DNA from: a virus | Lineage: Duplodnaviria > Caudoviricetes | Virus record (IMG/VR): IMGVR_UViG_3300049187_000016 | Coordinates: 1-39,715 of that record | Reading direction: 5' to 3' (one strand) | Length of the DNA stretch: 39,715 nucleotides | Part shown: positions 8,692-17,347 of the stretch, in pieces | Layout: the number at the start of each line of letters is the position of its first letter | Numbering within the stretch: the first letter of the stretch is position 1 | Position numbers and translations under genes: made by a program | Notes under the pieces: model-generated | Database searches by the model: none | Told to the model about the DNA's origin: nothing | Seen by the model: only the letters and a program-made list of their open reading frames with translations

Positions 8692-10062
8692 CTAGGGTTG
8701 CGCCCCATCGGGGCTGGTGTCGGCGTCGTCACCTTCGCCGTTGAAGTCCTGACCTTCGATCAGGGCATATTCTGCGTCCGCGTCCCGCTCGCTGGAGGCG
8801 ATCCCGCCACGCTGCAGCGCCGCGTAGTAGGTTTCCCAAGCCATGCCGCCACCCTGCCAGACGCGCATCAGCGCCTCGGCGTCGGCTGGGGTCATGGTGG
8901 TGTCGAGAAGGTCCGTCGGCGGGGTGACGACGATGGCTTCCTCTGCCGCTTCGCCCAGCCCCATCAGCATCGCCACGTTGCGCAGCGACCGCTCCAGAAG
9001 GGCACACGAGTTCTGCGCGATGCTGGTCAGGGTGGCGAGTTCGGACGCGAACCGCATCTGCCGCGCCGCGCCGCTTTCCTGCGCCTGCGCCGTCTCGACC
9101 AGCCGCGCCCCGGCGTGGATGGCTTGGACGCGCAGGTCCTCGATTGCGGCCTTGTGCGCCTCGATCCCGGAACAGGTCGGGCTGACGTATTTGAGGTCCG
9201 GCGCAAGCCCTTCCGATCCCGTCATTTCATGGATGACGCCCGCGCCGACCATGCTCGGCCCCTTGCCGTTGATGGCGACCAGCGTTTCCTGCCCGGACAT
9301 ATAGAGCTGCCAGCGGTAGTCGGCCGAAAGCTGGTAAATCCCCAGCGCGGCCCGCGCGACGCCGATCAGCGGCGGGGCCTCGATCCGGGGCGACAGGTCG
9401 CGGGCGCTACCCACGGCGAACGGGATGCGGGGCAGAAGCGCGCCGCCCCGGCCCGTGATCTTGATCTCCTGCGCGGCCAAGCCGGGCGCTTCGTACAGCC
9501 ACTGCTCGTAGCCGGTCGCGCCCATCGTGAAGAGCCGGTAGCGTTCCAGCTTCTCCCAGACGAAGCCCTTGCGCTGCATGGTGGTCTCGTCGGTGACCCA
9601 CCAGTCCTTGTCCCAGTTGATCACCGAATCCCGGGCATAGCCTGCGAGGAACGGGTTGCCGCCTTCCCTCGGCGCGTCGGCCAGCACGGCATAAGCGCCG
9701 ATGACCAAAAGTTCCCGCGTGATACGGCGATGGAACGCCTCCAGCGGCAGGCCGAGCCCGTCTGCGTCCTCCCAGAGGAACTTCATCGCGTCGGGCATTT
9801 CGATCTGAATTTCCCGGTCGTGCACGATCCCGATCATCGCTGCCACGGTCGGGGCCACGATCTCGGGGAACTGCGCCCGCAGTCGGTATGCCTCATACAG
9901 CGCCGTCTCGGTCGCCGGGTTGTTCTTGAAGCCGCCGGGCTTCGGCAGGTAGGTCTCGGCACGCGCCTTGACCGCGCTTTCCCCGTCCATCGCGTCGCGC
10001 ATCAACTGCCATTCGGCGCGGCGCTCCAGCGTCAGGGCGGGGTGCAGTTGGGTGATGCTCAT
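8692..10062 (-). CDS. Portal protein (DUF4055-type)
   Basis: 456 aa after TerL; HP...WQLMRDAMDGE.AVK...YLPKP...Y..RAQFP, PPL..VA...YQLSADY, ESG.A..MR motifs. Confidence 0.88.
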   Translation of the reverse strand: MSITQLHPALTLERRAEWQLMRDAMDGESAVKARAETYLPKPGGFKNNPATETALYEAYRLRAQFPEIVAPTVAAMIGIVHDREIQIEMPDAMKFLWEDADGLGLPLEAFHRRITRELLVIGAYAVLADAPREGGNPFLAGYARDSVINWDKDWWVTDETTMQRKGFVWEKLERYRLFTMGATGYEQWLYEAPGLAAQEIKITGRGGALLPRIPFAVGSARDLSPRIEAPPLIGVARAALGIYQLSADYRWQLYMSGQETLVAINGKGPSMVGAGVIHEMTGSEGLAPDLKYVSPTCSGIEAHKAAIEDLRVQAIHAGARLVETAQAQESGAARQMRFASELATLTSIAQNSCALLERSLRNVAMLMGLGEAAEEAIVVTPPTDLLDTTMTPADAEALMRVWQGGGMAWETYYAALQRGGIASSERDADAEYALIEGQDFNGEGDDADTSPDGAQP

Positions 10063-11498
10063 ACCAAGCCACCGACGACGCGGGTGGATGTCTGCGGCTG
10101 GGGCTTGACCAGCTCGGCGAAGGCGCGCGTCGCCGCGTCCACCTGGTCTTTGAACTTGCCCATCGGGAATGTCTCCAGTTCAGCCAGGAAGTCCCGGTTC
10201 CACTCGCCGCGGATCAGCAGGACGTTCCCGGCCTCGGCCTGTGCCGCCAGCGGCAGGGCGCGCGTTTCCTTGTCGCCGCTCTCCGGCGTCGCCTTGTACG
10301 TGTAGCCGGCCAACTGCCTGACGAGGTACTGAGCCTGCGCCTTGCCAGCCTGGCCGGGGTCTTGCGGCAGCGAGCCGGTGACCGTCACGCCGTCCTGGCT
10401 GGCGGTGTTGACGATCAGCCGCTCCGCATCGGCCGCGGTGCCCTGAATCCGGCGGCTGTCCGCGATGTAGAACCGCCCGTCAGGCGCCCGTCCGATCTTG
10501 ACGCCTGCCGTCCATGCGGCGTTGTCGTTGGCCGTGGCCGCCAAGTCCCAGCCGCGCACCCACTGGCAACCGGCCGGGGCCGCGTCGACGACCCTGAACC
10601 AGTCGCGCCGGAACATGCCGCCGCCCCGTGGCGCCGGTCGCTGTTGCAACTGCCCCGCGCTGGCGTAACTCCCCATCGTGCGCTCAAGGTCCGAGACCTG
10701 GGCCTCGCTGAACCGCTCGGGAAAGAGCAGTTCGCCGTCGTAGGTCCGCGGGTCAGCGAAGATCGGGGTCACGCACCGCCGATCGGCTTCGAACCGCATC
10801 GGCAGGCACAGATGCACGTAAGGCAACTTCCGGTCGAGGATGATGCCGCTGGTGTCGCGCTCATGCAGGCGCTGCATGATGACGACGATGGCAGATCGGT
10901 CGTTGTTGACCCGGCTCGGCAGGGCTTCGGTGAAGGTCAGTTCTGCGGCCCTTAGCGCCGCATCGGAGTTGGCGTCGTCCGCCGAAAGCGGGTCGTCGAG
11001 CGTCACCCGGTCGCCGCGCGAGCCGGTCATGCTGGTGAAAGCCATCGCCTCCCGGAAGCCGGTGGCGTGGTTCTCAAACTTCGTCTTCGCGTTCTGGTCG
11101 CTGGTCAGCGGCATCGGCCAAAGCGCCTGGTACCACGGCGACTGGATCAGGCGCCGGCACTTCATGCTGTCCCGAACGGCCAGGTCCTGCTTGTGCGCGG
11201 TCCCGAGGAACCGGCTTTGCGGCATCCCGCGCGGCCCCCATTCCCAAGCGGGCCAGATCACCCCGGTCAGCAGCGACTTCATGGTGCCGGGCGGAACGTT
11301 CATCAGGAGCCGGTTGATCCGGCCATCCGTCACCGCCTCGAGGTGCGCGCAGATCGCGTCCAGCGCCCAGCCCCACTTGAGCGGGGTCGCAGGCTCCAGA
11401 ACGCGCCACGCTCGCTTGGCGAAGTCTGCCAAGGACCGGCTGCACAACTCCCGCTCGACGGCTAGGAGGTCAGCCCTCGTCAGGCGAAGTTGCTGCAT
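10059..11498 (-). CDS. terL: Terminase large subunit
   Basis: Walker A NVPPGTMKS, Walker B TLDDP, coupling motif IMQRLHE, nuclease WDLA...DQVDA. Confidence 0.95.
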   Translation of the reverse strand: MQQLRLTRADLLAVERELCSRSLADFAKRAWRVLEPATPLKWGWALDAICAHLEAVTDGRINRLLMNVPPGTMKSLLTGVIWPAWEWGPRGMPQSRFLGTAHKQDLAVRDSMKCRRLIQSPWYQALWPMPLTSDQNAKTKFENHATGFREAMAFTSMTGSRGDRVTLDDPLSADDANSDAALRAAELTFTEALPSRVNNDRSAIVVIMQRLHERDTSGIILDRKLPYVHLCLPMRFEADRRCVTPIFADPRTYDGELLFPERFSEAQVSDLERTMGSYASAGQLQQRPAPRGGGMFRRDWFRVVDAAPAGCQWVRGWDLAATANDNAAWTAGVKIGRAPDGRFYIADSRRIQGTAADAERLIVNTASQDGVTVTGSLPQDPGQAGKAQAQYLVRQLAGYTYKATPESGDKETRALPLAAQAEAGNVLLIRGEWNRDFLAELETFPMGKFKDQVDAATRAFAELVKPQPQTSTRVVGGLV

Positions 11499-11904
11499 CC
11501 GTCGCCGCCATGATCTCCCGAAGGGCCTGCGAGGAAAGCTTGGTCGCGTCGACGGTGGCCACGGGCGGCAGATCGTCCGCGCCGCCGACCTGGACCTTGT
11601 CGCCGTACTTGCGCGGGTTCATCCGGGCCAGCGTCCACTTGCGGGTGTCGACCTTCAGTTTCGCCTTGGCGATCTCGACCGGGTCGGCTTTCACTGTGTC
11701 GACGATCTCGTCCATCTCGTCGAACTGCTCGTCTGCGCGGATGGCCAACGCGCGCGCATAATGGTCCGCAAACTCGGCATCTGCAGCGAGGTCCACGTAC
11801 AACTCCGACCGGGTGACTGCATGTTCCTTGCACGCCTTGCGAACGGAGGCGCCCCCCATCACGGTCGCAAGGATCGCCTCCCGCTTCTCCTGCGGGATCG
11901 TCAT
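11470..11904 (-). CDS. terS: Terminase small subunit (Sf6-like)
   Basis: N-terminal HTH, F..HYARA, KLKVDTRKW.LARMNPRKYGDK motif; directly upstream of TerL. Confidence 0.9.
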   Translation of the reverse strand: MTIPQEKREAILATVMGGASVRKACKEHAVTRSELYVDLAADAEFADHYARALAIRADEQFDEMDEIVDTVKADPVEIAKAKLKVDTRKWTLARMNPRKYGDKVQVGGADDLPPVATVDATKLSSQALREIMAATDAATSPDEG

Positions 11905-11919
11905 GTCTCTCTCCGATGT

Positions 11920-11959
11920 TCGGAAATGGAAACGCCCGGCAGGATTTCTCCTCCGGGCG
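11920..11959 (-). terminator. Hairpin/terminator in the late-operon leader (tR'-like)
   Basis: Minus strand CGCCCGG-AGGA-GAAA-TCCT-G-CCGGGCG followed by TTTCCATTT. Confidence 0.6.
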
Positions 11960-11976
11960 CAACTTCTGATGGTGGT

Positions 11977-12005
11977 AATCTGCCTTTTTCCCGGATGTCT
12001 GTCAA
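11977..12005 (-). promoter_or_regulatory. Putative late promoter (pR'-like)
   Basis: TTGACA-17 bp-CAGATT on the minus strand, upstream of the hairpin and terS. Confidence 0.5.
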
Positions 12006-12018
12006 GCAGTCGCGCATG

Positions 12019-12645
12019 TCACCGCCCCCGCCACGAAATCTTGCGCCCGGCCAGCCCCTCGGCCACGCAGGCAAGGGCGAGCATCAGCCCCTCCTGATCC
12101 TTGACGCGCTGATCGTCCAGGCACACCCGCTTCGCCTCGCTGGCGGCGCGCCCATCGGTGTGCATCAGCCAGCCCTCCAGCCGCATGTAGGCCGAAACGG
12201 CGGCGCGGTCGCGGGCCTCCGGGGTGCGGTCGTCCAGCGCCGGGCTGCTTGCGTCGGCGTGGAGTTCGTCGACTGGCAGCAGGATGCGCAGAGAGGCCGC
12301 GTGACGGTTGGGCGCCCCGATCGCCTGGTCGTAGCGGGCGGTCACGATCCGCATGTGCTGCACCGCCCCGAAGAGGCTGGTGCGCTCCTCGGTCGATTCC
12401 GTATGGCGCATGATCGCCCGGCCGGCCTCGCAGCCGCTGATCTGCGCGCGCATCGCCACCAAGTCGGCGAGCGTAAGAGCTTCACCCTTCGCGACCCGCT
12501 TGGCGGTTAGTCCGCTGAGGTCTGCGCGCTTGGTGAGTGTGTTGGCCTGCATCTCGACCTCCTTCTCCAAGGTGAAATCCCGGCGCTGGTCCCGCTTCAG
12601 GCGGCCGGACTTGTCACGCTTGCCGAACTTGCGGGGCCTGCTCAT
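12019..12645 (-). CDS. Hypothetical protein; positional candidate late regulator/antiterminator
   Basis: 208 aa with a basic N-terminus (MSRPRKFGKRDKSGRLKR); last early gene before the late promoter; ATGA-coupled. Confidence 0.6.
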   Translation of the reverse strand: MSRPRKFGKRDKSGRLKRDQRRDFTLEKEVEMQANTLTKRADLSGLTAKRVAKGEALTLADLVAMRAQISGCEAGRAIMRHTESTEERTSLFGAVQHMRIVTARYDQAIGAPNRHAASLRILLPVDELHADASSPALDDRTPEARDRAAVSAYMRLEGWLMHTDGRAASEAKRVCLDDQRVKDQEGLMLALACVAEGLAGRKISWRGR

Positions 12646-13250
12646 GCCGCCTCCCCGCCGAAGTGCTTGGCGCTGATGTCCGGCCCCGGCCCGTGGTGCG
12701 GCGTCCGGTCCTTGAACGCTTCCCGCGCCTCGGCGTGGCGCTGCTTGGCCTGGCGCTCCCATTCCAGCGCGGCCGCCTCGCCATAAGCGTCCTTGCGGGC
12801 CATGAACGCGGCGCTGCGATACCGGCGCATGGTCGGCTCGTCGACCATCCGCGCGGCGATGATCTCGCAAGCGGCGCGGCCGTAGAGCCAGCCCTCAGCC
12901 ACCGGGTCGCCGCGGCTCATGCGGTCGGCAACGATCTGCAGTTCGGTCTTCTGCTCCGGCGGCGCGGCGACTGATGACGCTTTGACCGATACGCTCTTGG
13001 CCGCATCCCGGATCTCGCGCTCGGTCGGCCACAGCCCGCCCATCGCCGTCTCGCCGAGAGCAGCTTCGAAGTGCGGCCACCACTCGGCCAGCCGGTCGGT
13101 CGACCGAGGCGCGTTGCGCAGGACGGCTTGCGTCAAGGCGCTGATCTCGTCCTCCATCGCGCCGCCCTTGCCTTCGAGGCGCTTCGGCATCTGCTTGCGG
13201 TCGAGGAAGCGGGTCAGGCGGCCGCGAATGTCGGCTTCGTGCATGTTCAT
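12642..13250 (-). CDS. Hypothetical protein downstream of the replication initiator
   Basis: 202 aa, MNMHEADIRGRLTRFL...WPTEREI...; ATGA overlaps on both sides. Confidence 0.7.
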   Translation of the reverse strand: MNMHEADIRGRLTRFLDRKQMPKRLEGKGGAMEDEISALTQAVLRNAPRSTDRLAEWWPHFEAALGETAMGGLWPTEREIRDAAKSVSVKASSVAAPPEQKTELQIVADRMSRGDPVAEGWLYGRAACEIIAARMVDEPTMRRYRSAAFMARKDAYGEAAALEWERQAKQRHAEAREAFKDRTPHHGPGPDISAKHFGGEAA

Positions 13251-14020
13251 TGGGTGCGCTCCAGCGGTGGGATTCTGGCCATGATCTCGGCGACGGATGG
13301 GGTCTTGGGCTTGGACATGCTGGCGGTGATCCACGGCACCGGGTCGACGGCCCCTGCCTTCCGGCAGTTCATGATTGCCGCGAGGATGGCCTCGTCCTTG
13401 CCGGGGTGGTCCTTGCGCAGCTTGCCAAGGAAGGTGCGGGCGCGCTGTTCGGTCATGCCAGCGCTCGTGAGGATGCGGATGCCTGCGTCGAAAAGGGTCT
13501 TCACCGGGTCTTCTGGGTCCGGATCCGATGGCGCTTCCAGGCTGTCCCGCCAGGCGTTCCAATCCTCGTCCGAAGGCGGCTCTGCGCCAGATGCGTTAGC
13601 ATCTGGAAGATATGTGTCTGTGTCTGTGTCTGTGTGGTTGAACGGCTGTTGAACGTCCGTTGCCGCGCCCCTTTGTTTTTCTTGCCTTTTTTTGGCGCTT
13701 GCCTTCCCGGCCTTGGAACTATTTTTCAAGTCGTCCGCACGCTTTGAGATTTCGGCCTCGGCGCGGCGGTTCGTGATGGTGCCTCCGACCATCTCCAGCT
13801 TGCCCAGGTCCAGCAGTTTCGAGACCACGTTTTCGAAGGTCGCCTGCCTCATTCCGCAGTAGGTGGATAGGCGCAGCGGGTTGAAATCGACCGGGCCGTT
13901 TTCCTCGTAGATACGGCAAAGCAGCATCATGTAGACGCCGACTTCCTGGGCGCTCATGCCCCGGACGCCGTTCATGAAGTCGGCCGGGTAGAAGCTGAAA
14001 TAGGGTATGTGGCGCTTCAC
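13247..14020 (-). CDS. Replication initiator, YdaU/DUF1376-like
   Basis: PYFSFYPADFMNGVRGMSAQEVGVYMMLLCRIYE...NRRAEAE...KAGKASAKKR, with an internal repeat-rich linker (DTDTDT). Confidence 0.82.
   Translation of the reverse strand: MKRHIPYFSFYPADFMNGVRGMSAQEVGVYMMLLCRIYEENGPVDFNPLRLSTYCGMRQATFENVVSKLLDLGKLEMVGGTITNRRAEAEISKRADDLKNSSKAGKASAKKRQEKQRGAATDVQQPFNHTDTDTDTYLPDANASGAEPPSDEDWNAWRDSLEAPSDPDPEDPVKTLFDAGIRILTSAGMTEQRARTFLGKLRKDHPGKDEAILAAIMNCRKAGAVDPVPWITASMSKPKTPSVAEIMARIPPLERTQ
13586..13695. other. Putative replication origin inside the initiator gene
   Basis: Palindrome CCAGATGC-GTTA-GCATCTGG, (TGTGTC)x3, 11-bp-period GTTGAACG repeats and a T-rich tract clustered in ~110 bp. Confidence 0.5.
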
Positions 14021-14289
14021 TTGATCCCGAGCCTCTCTTCCAACCGCCGGACCCGTTCCCGCAACTCGTGGTTTTCGTCGCACATTTGCAGGATTGCCTT
14101 GGCCATGTAGTCGAGGTCGGAGACGTTCAGGCGGCCCATGAACACGCGGCCCGCAAGCTCGTCCGCAGGTTTGCGCGCACGGTTCCGCGCCGCTGTTATG
14201 GCCCCTTCATCGGGCGCATGGTCCCATATGTCGCCGGCCGGGTCGGGTATCTCCCAAGGTTGCGTGGGCATGGTTGGACGCGCGTTCAT
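14017..14289 (-). CDS. Hypothetical protein (C-terminal coiled coil)
   Basis: 90 aa, translationally coupled on both sides. Confidence 0.65.
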   Translation of the reverse strand: MNARPTMPTQPWEIPDPAGDIWDHAPDEGAITAARNRARKPADELAGRVFMGRLNVSDLDYMAKAILQMCDENHELRERVRRLEERLGIK

Positions 14290-14774
14290 GCCGCCGCCTC
14301 GCGCGTGTGACGCGCTACGAGTTCTGCCAGCTTGCCCGCCTTGAAGGCTTTGCTGATGGCCGCGGTCGAGATTCCAAGGTCACGCCCCATGTCGCCCATC
14401 GAGCGCCACGTCCTGTCCCCGACCGTCATGGTTTGCGGTTTCCGTCCGCCGAAGGTGAGACGCTGGAGGTCGGGCTTGACCGCGTAGACAAGACCCTTCC
14501 GGTCGTCCCAGATCAGTGGCGGCAGGCCGGAGACGCCAGGGGCAACGCGCTGGACGGCAACCCCAGCCTTGGCGACGGCGCCGTACCGCGCGGCGATCTG
14601 CTCTGCCGTCTCCGCCGCCCCAGCCGGGGGACAACTCCCAGCCGGGGCCTTGCGAACAGGCAGCTTTGCCGCTGTGGTGTGGTCCTTGCGATGACAGGCC
14701 AAGGCTTTGGCCGTGGGGCTGCCGGTCCCGCCGGCGCGGATCGGGGCTTCAGTGCCCGGATGCGAGTGGGTCAT
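14286..14774 (-). CDS. Hypothetical protein with C-terminal HTH-like segment
   Basis: ...TWRSMGDMGRDLGISTAAISKAFKAG; ATGA overlaps. Confidence 0.6.
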   Translation of the reverse strand: MTHSHPGTEAPIRAGGTGSPTAKALACHRKDHTTAAKLPVRKAPAGSCPPAGAAETAEQIAARYGAVAKAGVAVQRVAPGVSGLPPLIWDDRKGLVYAVKPDLQRLTFGGRKPQTMTVGDRTWRSMGDMGRDLGISTAAISKAFKAGKLAELVARHTREAAA

Positions 14775-15424
14775 GCTGCGATGGCCTCCTGCGCTGCGCT
14801 GCCCCACTGTTCGGCGGCAGCATCGGCGATGCCTTGAAACGTGCGACTGCGGAACTTCCACCGCTCCGGGCTGGGTGGTGCACGGTGGACTGCGGACCAT
14901 GCCTTGTGGTCGTCAGTCCCGGCCTTCGGCGGCGTCAGTCGCAACGTCGGGGTCAGGGGCGGCAACCCGCGCAGATAGAACCCGGTCGCCTTGAAGGCCG
15001 GATCACCGAACCACCACGGCTGGACGATCTGAGGCTTCGGGAGGTCAGCCGGCATGCGCTCGCGGGCGTGGCGGTGCATCACAGGGTTTTCGACCGCGAC
15101 ACGCGGCACTGGCGCCAGCCAGCATGCGGTGAACAGGGTAACGCCGTCCTCCAGCTCGGCCCACATCTGCGCCATTGTCTTGCCGGGAGGCGGGACATGT
15201 AGCCAGCGGACGCCCGAGTTGCAGAGCCGGGTGCAGGGTGGGTGCGCCACAACCAGCAAGTCCCATCCGTCGCCAAGGTAATTGCGGACGTCGCCGCGAA
15301 TGTGGCGGTTGCTCCCATCTTCGGCCGGGAGAAGGTCGCAAGACCATGTGTCGTGGCCCCTTGAGGCAAAGGCGCGACGCATCACGCCAGAGGTTTCGCA
15401 GGCTATCAGGACGCGCAGACTCAT
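14771..15424 (-). CDS. Short C5 DNA-cytosine methyltransferase-like protein
   Basis: AHPPCT (motif IV PC) and VENP (motif VI); degenerate motif I region LIACETSG; 217 aa. Confidence 0.7.
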   Translation of the reverse strand: MSLRVLIACETSGVMRRAFASRGHDTWSCDLLPAEDGSNRHIRGDVRNYLGDGWDLLVVAHPPCTRLCNSGVRWLHVPPPGKTMAQMWAELEDGVTLFTACWLAPVPRVAVENPVMHRHARERMPADLPKPQIVQPWWFGDPAFKATGFYLRGLPPLTPTLRLTPPKAGTDDHKAWSAVHRAPPSPERWKFRSRTFQGIADAAAEQWGSAAQEAIAA

Positions 15425-15753
15425 CCCCGCACCTCCGCGAGGATAGCCTCGACGATGGCGCCCAGCGGGCTGGCGGGCTGCGTCTGGCCCTCATCGCCCC
15501 AAAGCACGGGGGTGCGGCCGAGGGACTTGGCAAGGTCTGCGGGCGCAATGCCGTGCTGCAGGGCGATGCTGATCACGACGCAGGCGTCAGCGAGCGTGGC
15601 TTGCATCTGGCCGCCCTTGCGCGTGTCTGCGAAGACCTCGGCCGGCTGGACGTTGGCCGGGTCAAAGCCGATCGTGACGGTGAACTGGTGGCTGTCCCAC
15701 TCGACGGCGCGGGTGATGTTCGGGCGGGCGTTCGGGAGAATGGCGCGGGTCAT
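15421..15753 (-). CDS. Stand-alone TSCPD-domain protein (class II RNR C-terminal-like)
   Basis: R..LPN.R...VTIGFD...EVFAD..KGG...ACVVISIALQHG...ASPLGAI pattern. Confidence 0.7.
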   Translation of the reverse strand: MTRAILPNARPNITRAVEWDSHQFTVTIGFDPANVQPAEVFADTRKGGQMQATLADACVVISIALQHGIAPADLAKSLGRTPVLWGDEGQTQPASPLGAIVEAILAEVRG

Positions 15754-16175
15754 GCCTCTTCCCCCGCCATGATCTCGGCGGCCATGTACGCCAGCCCGGC
15801 CAGGTCGATCTCGGCCCAGCCGTCCTCGCGCCACTTCGCGCCGAGCGCCTTGCCGACTGCAGCGAGGGGAACCGACACCCGCACGTCCTGCCGGTCGAAG
15901 CGGAACACCACCGCCGGGATCTTCCCGTTCTTCGCCGCGGCGCGCTCCGCCTGGTCGCGCCACGCCGGGCGGCAGGTCGTGCCGTCAGCGTACCGCTTGA
16001 GCTCCAAGCTGAAGGGCCAGGCAGGGTCGTCCGGGAGCAGGTCGCAATGATCGACCGCGCGCACCTGCTCCAGATTGCGCTGAAACCGTATCCCGGTCAG
16101 CGCCTCCAGTTGAGCGGCGACCTCACGCTCGAACGCTGCGCCCTTTGCGCGGCTGTTGATGGGCTTGTCGCGCAT
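15750..16175 (-). CDS. PD-(D/E)XK Holliday junction resolvase
   Basis: NSRAKGAAFEREVA...DL...LELKR...W..QA...PAVVFR.DR. Confidence 0.8.
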   Translation of the reverse strand: MRDKPINSRAKGAAFEREVAAQLEALTGIRFQRNLEQVRAVDHCDLLPDDPAWPFSLELKRYADGTTCRPAWRDQAERAAAKNGKIPAVVFRFDRQDVRVSVPLAAVGKALGAKWREDGWAEIDLAGLAYMAAEIMAGEEA

Positions 16176-16177
16176 GG

Positions 16178-16849
16178 TCAGGCCGCCTCGTCTGCGAACA
16201 TCGTTGCGTTACAAGAGCCACAGACCAGGTTGATCCCAATTTTGCCCCATGCGTTCGCATCACAGTCCGGGCAGGTGTGCTTGACCTTCGACAGGTCCTT
16301 CTTCTTTGGCTTGGGCGGCGGTGCTTCAGTGAACCAGGGCAGATCGAAGCCGGCCACCAGGAGCTCTGAGCAGGCCACGTCAAAAGGCCCGCCCGCATCG
16401 ATCATGTGCGTCATGTTCCTACCCGTGCGCTTTCCACCTGGGGCGCCGGTGCTGGTGGGCGTCAGGCCGATGGAATCCATCTTTTCCGCCCATTCCTTGT
16501 TGTGGCCACCCTTGCCCGGCTTGCCCTCGTGCTGCTGCCAAAGGCGCACCATCTCGTGGACCAAGGTCGAAAGCACTTCCGGCAAGGTGCGCCCCATGCT
16601 GTCCGGGTTCAGCGCGATCTCGTCGATCCGCTCGCCCGACTCCCGGTGCTTGAACTGCTCCTGATGGAAGTAGCCGCGCGCGTTCCTCTTGCGGTGAACC
16701 ACCATGTGGACGTCGGGCAGGCGGTTTTCGAACAGGATGCGGTTGAAGTGGGCAAAAGCCCGGTCCAGGCCCTGATAGGTCTGCTGCGAAGGTGTATCGT
16801 ACGATGCAAAATTGACGCGCGGGGCGTCCGTCATCTGTCCATCAGGCAT
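16178..16849 (-). CDS. SprT-like zinc-metalloprotease-fold protein with degenerate HExxH
   Basis: FAHFNRILF.N.LP...EIALNP...LSTLVHEMVRLWQ...GHNKEWA.KM.SIGL.P..TG.PGGKRTG, plus C-terminal CPDC/CGSC zinc ribbon. Confidence 0.85.
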   Translation of the reverse strand: MPDGQMTDAPRVNFASYDTPSQQTYQGLDRAFAHFNRILFENRLPDVHMVVHRKRNARGYFHQEQFKHRESGERIDEIALNPDSMGRTLPEVLSTLVHEMVRLWQQHEGKPGKGGHNKEWAEKMDSIGLTPTSTGAPGGKRTGRNMTHMIDAGGPFDVACSELLVAGFDLPWFTEAPPPKPKKKDLSKVKHTCPDCDANAWGKIGINLVCGSCNATMFADEAA

Positions 16850-17132
16850 CCCGCCCTCCCATCGTCATGATCTGTGTGGTTATGGCCCGCAGCTCCCGGC
16901 TACAGGCCGAGACTTCCCTGTTCCGGCTCTGGCGCTGCAGCCGGCGCAGCCGGTCGGCCAGCAGATCCCGACGCAACTGCAAGTGCAGCAGCGCGACGCG
17001 CCTCTCCGTCCGCGCGGTGGGCGTGGCAGGTCCAGAGAGTTCCTCGCTTTCCCTTGGGCAGGAGTCGGGGAATGCCCGGCCAGCCGAAGCCGAAGGAAGC
17101 GGGCGCGCCGCATGTGATGCAGCGACGGTCAT
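16842..17132 (-). CDS. Hypothetical protein overlapping 16900-17136 in another frame
   Basis: ATG overlaps the upstream stop (ATGA); its stop overlaps the SprT start; amphipathic basic helical C-terminus. Confidence 0.45.
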   Translation of the reverse strand: MTVAASHAARPLPSASAGRAFPDSCPRESEELSGPATPTARTERRVALLHLQLRRDLLADRLRRLQRQSRNREVSACSRELRAITTQIMTMGGRDA

Positions 17133-17136
17133 TCAT
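16900..17136 (-). CDS. Small zinc-finger-like hypothetical protein
   Basis: CITCG.PASFGFG...WTCHAHR (CxxC...CxxH); SD AGGAGG. Confidence 0.65.
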   Translation of the reverse strand: MNDRRCITCGAPASFGFGWPGIPRLLPKGKRGTLWTCHAHRADGEARRAAALAVASGSAGRPAAPAAAPEPEQGSLGL

Positions 17137-17347
17137 GGGCCCTCCTGTGCCATGGATAGGCCGCGCTCACGTCCTCGCCGCTCTCAGCCCAGTCAGCCTT
17201 GGCGACGTTGCCCGTGGCGATGATCAGCGCGCCCGGAGCTATGCCGGCAGCCTTCGCGGCACGGTTGGCCGACATGCGCGCCCGCAACCGGAGCCAACGC
17301 AGCAGGCGCTCGTCGCTCTCGCGGGAGGCTGGCGATATGCGGGTCAT
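17129..17347 (-). CDS. Small hypothetical protein (possible HTH)
   Basis: 72 aa, SRESDERLLRWLRLR..MSANRAAKAAG; coupled to its neighbours. Confidence 0.65.
   Translation of the reverse strand: MTRISPASRESDERLLRWLRLRARMSANRAAKAAGIAPGALIIATGNVAKADWAESGEDVSAAYPWHRRAHE

Noticed and set aside
5-12510. Many long plus-strand ORFs (e.g. 6430-8037, 8674-10305, 10840-12510)
   Set aside because: They are antisense shadows of well-supported minus-strand structural genes, expected in high-GC DNA with few stop codons, and carry no motifs.
13640-13654. GAAC-N7-GAAC matching the alphaproteobacterial LexA box
   Set aside because: It lies mid-gene with no nearby promoter and is better explained as part of the 11-bp-period iteron-like repeats.
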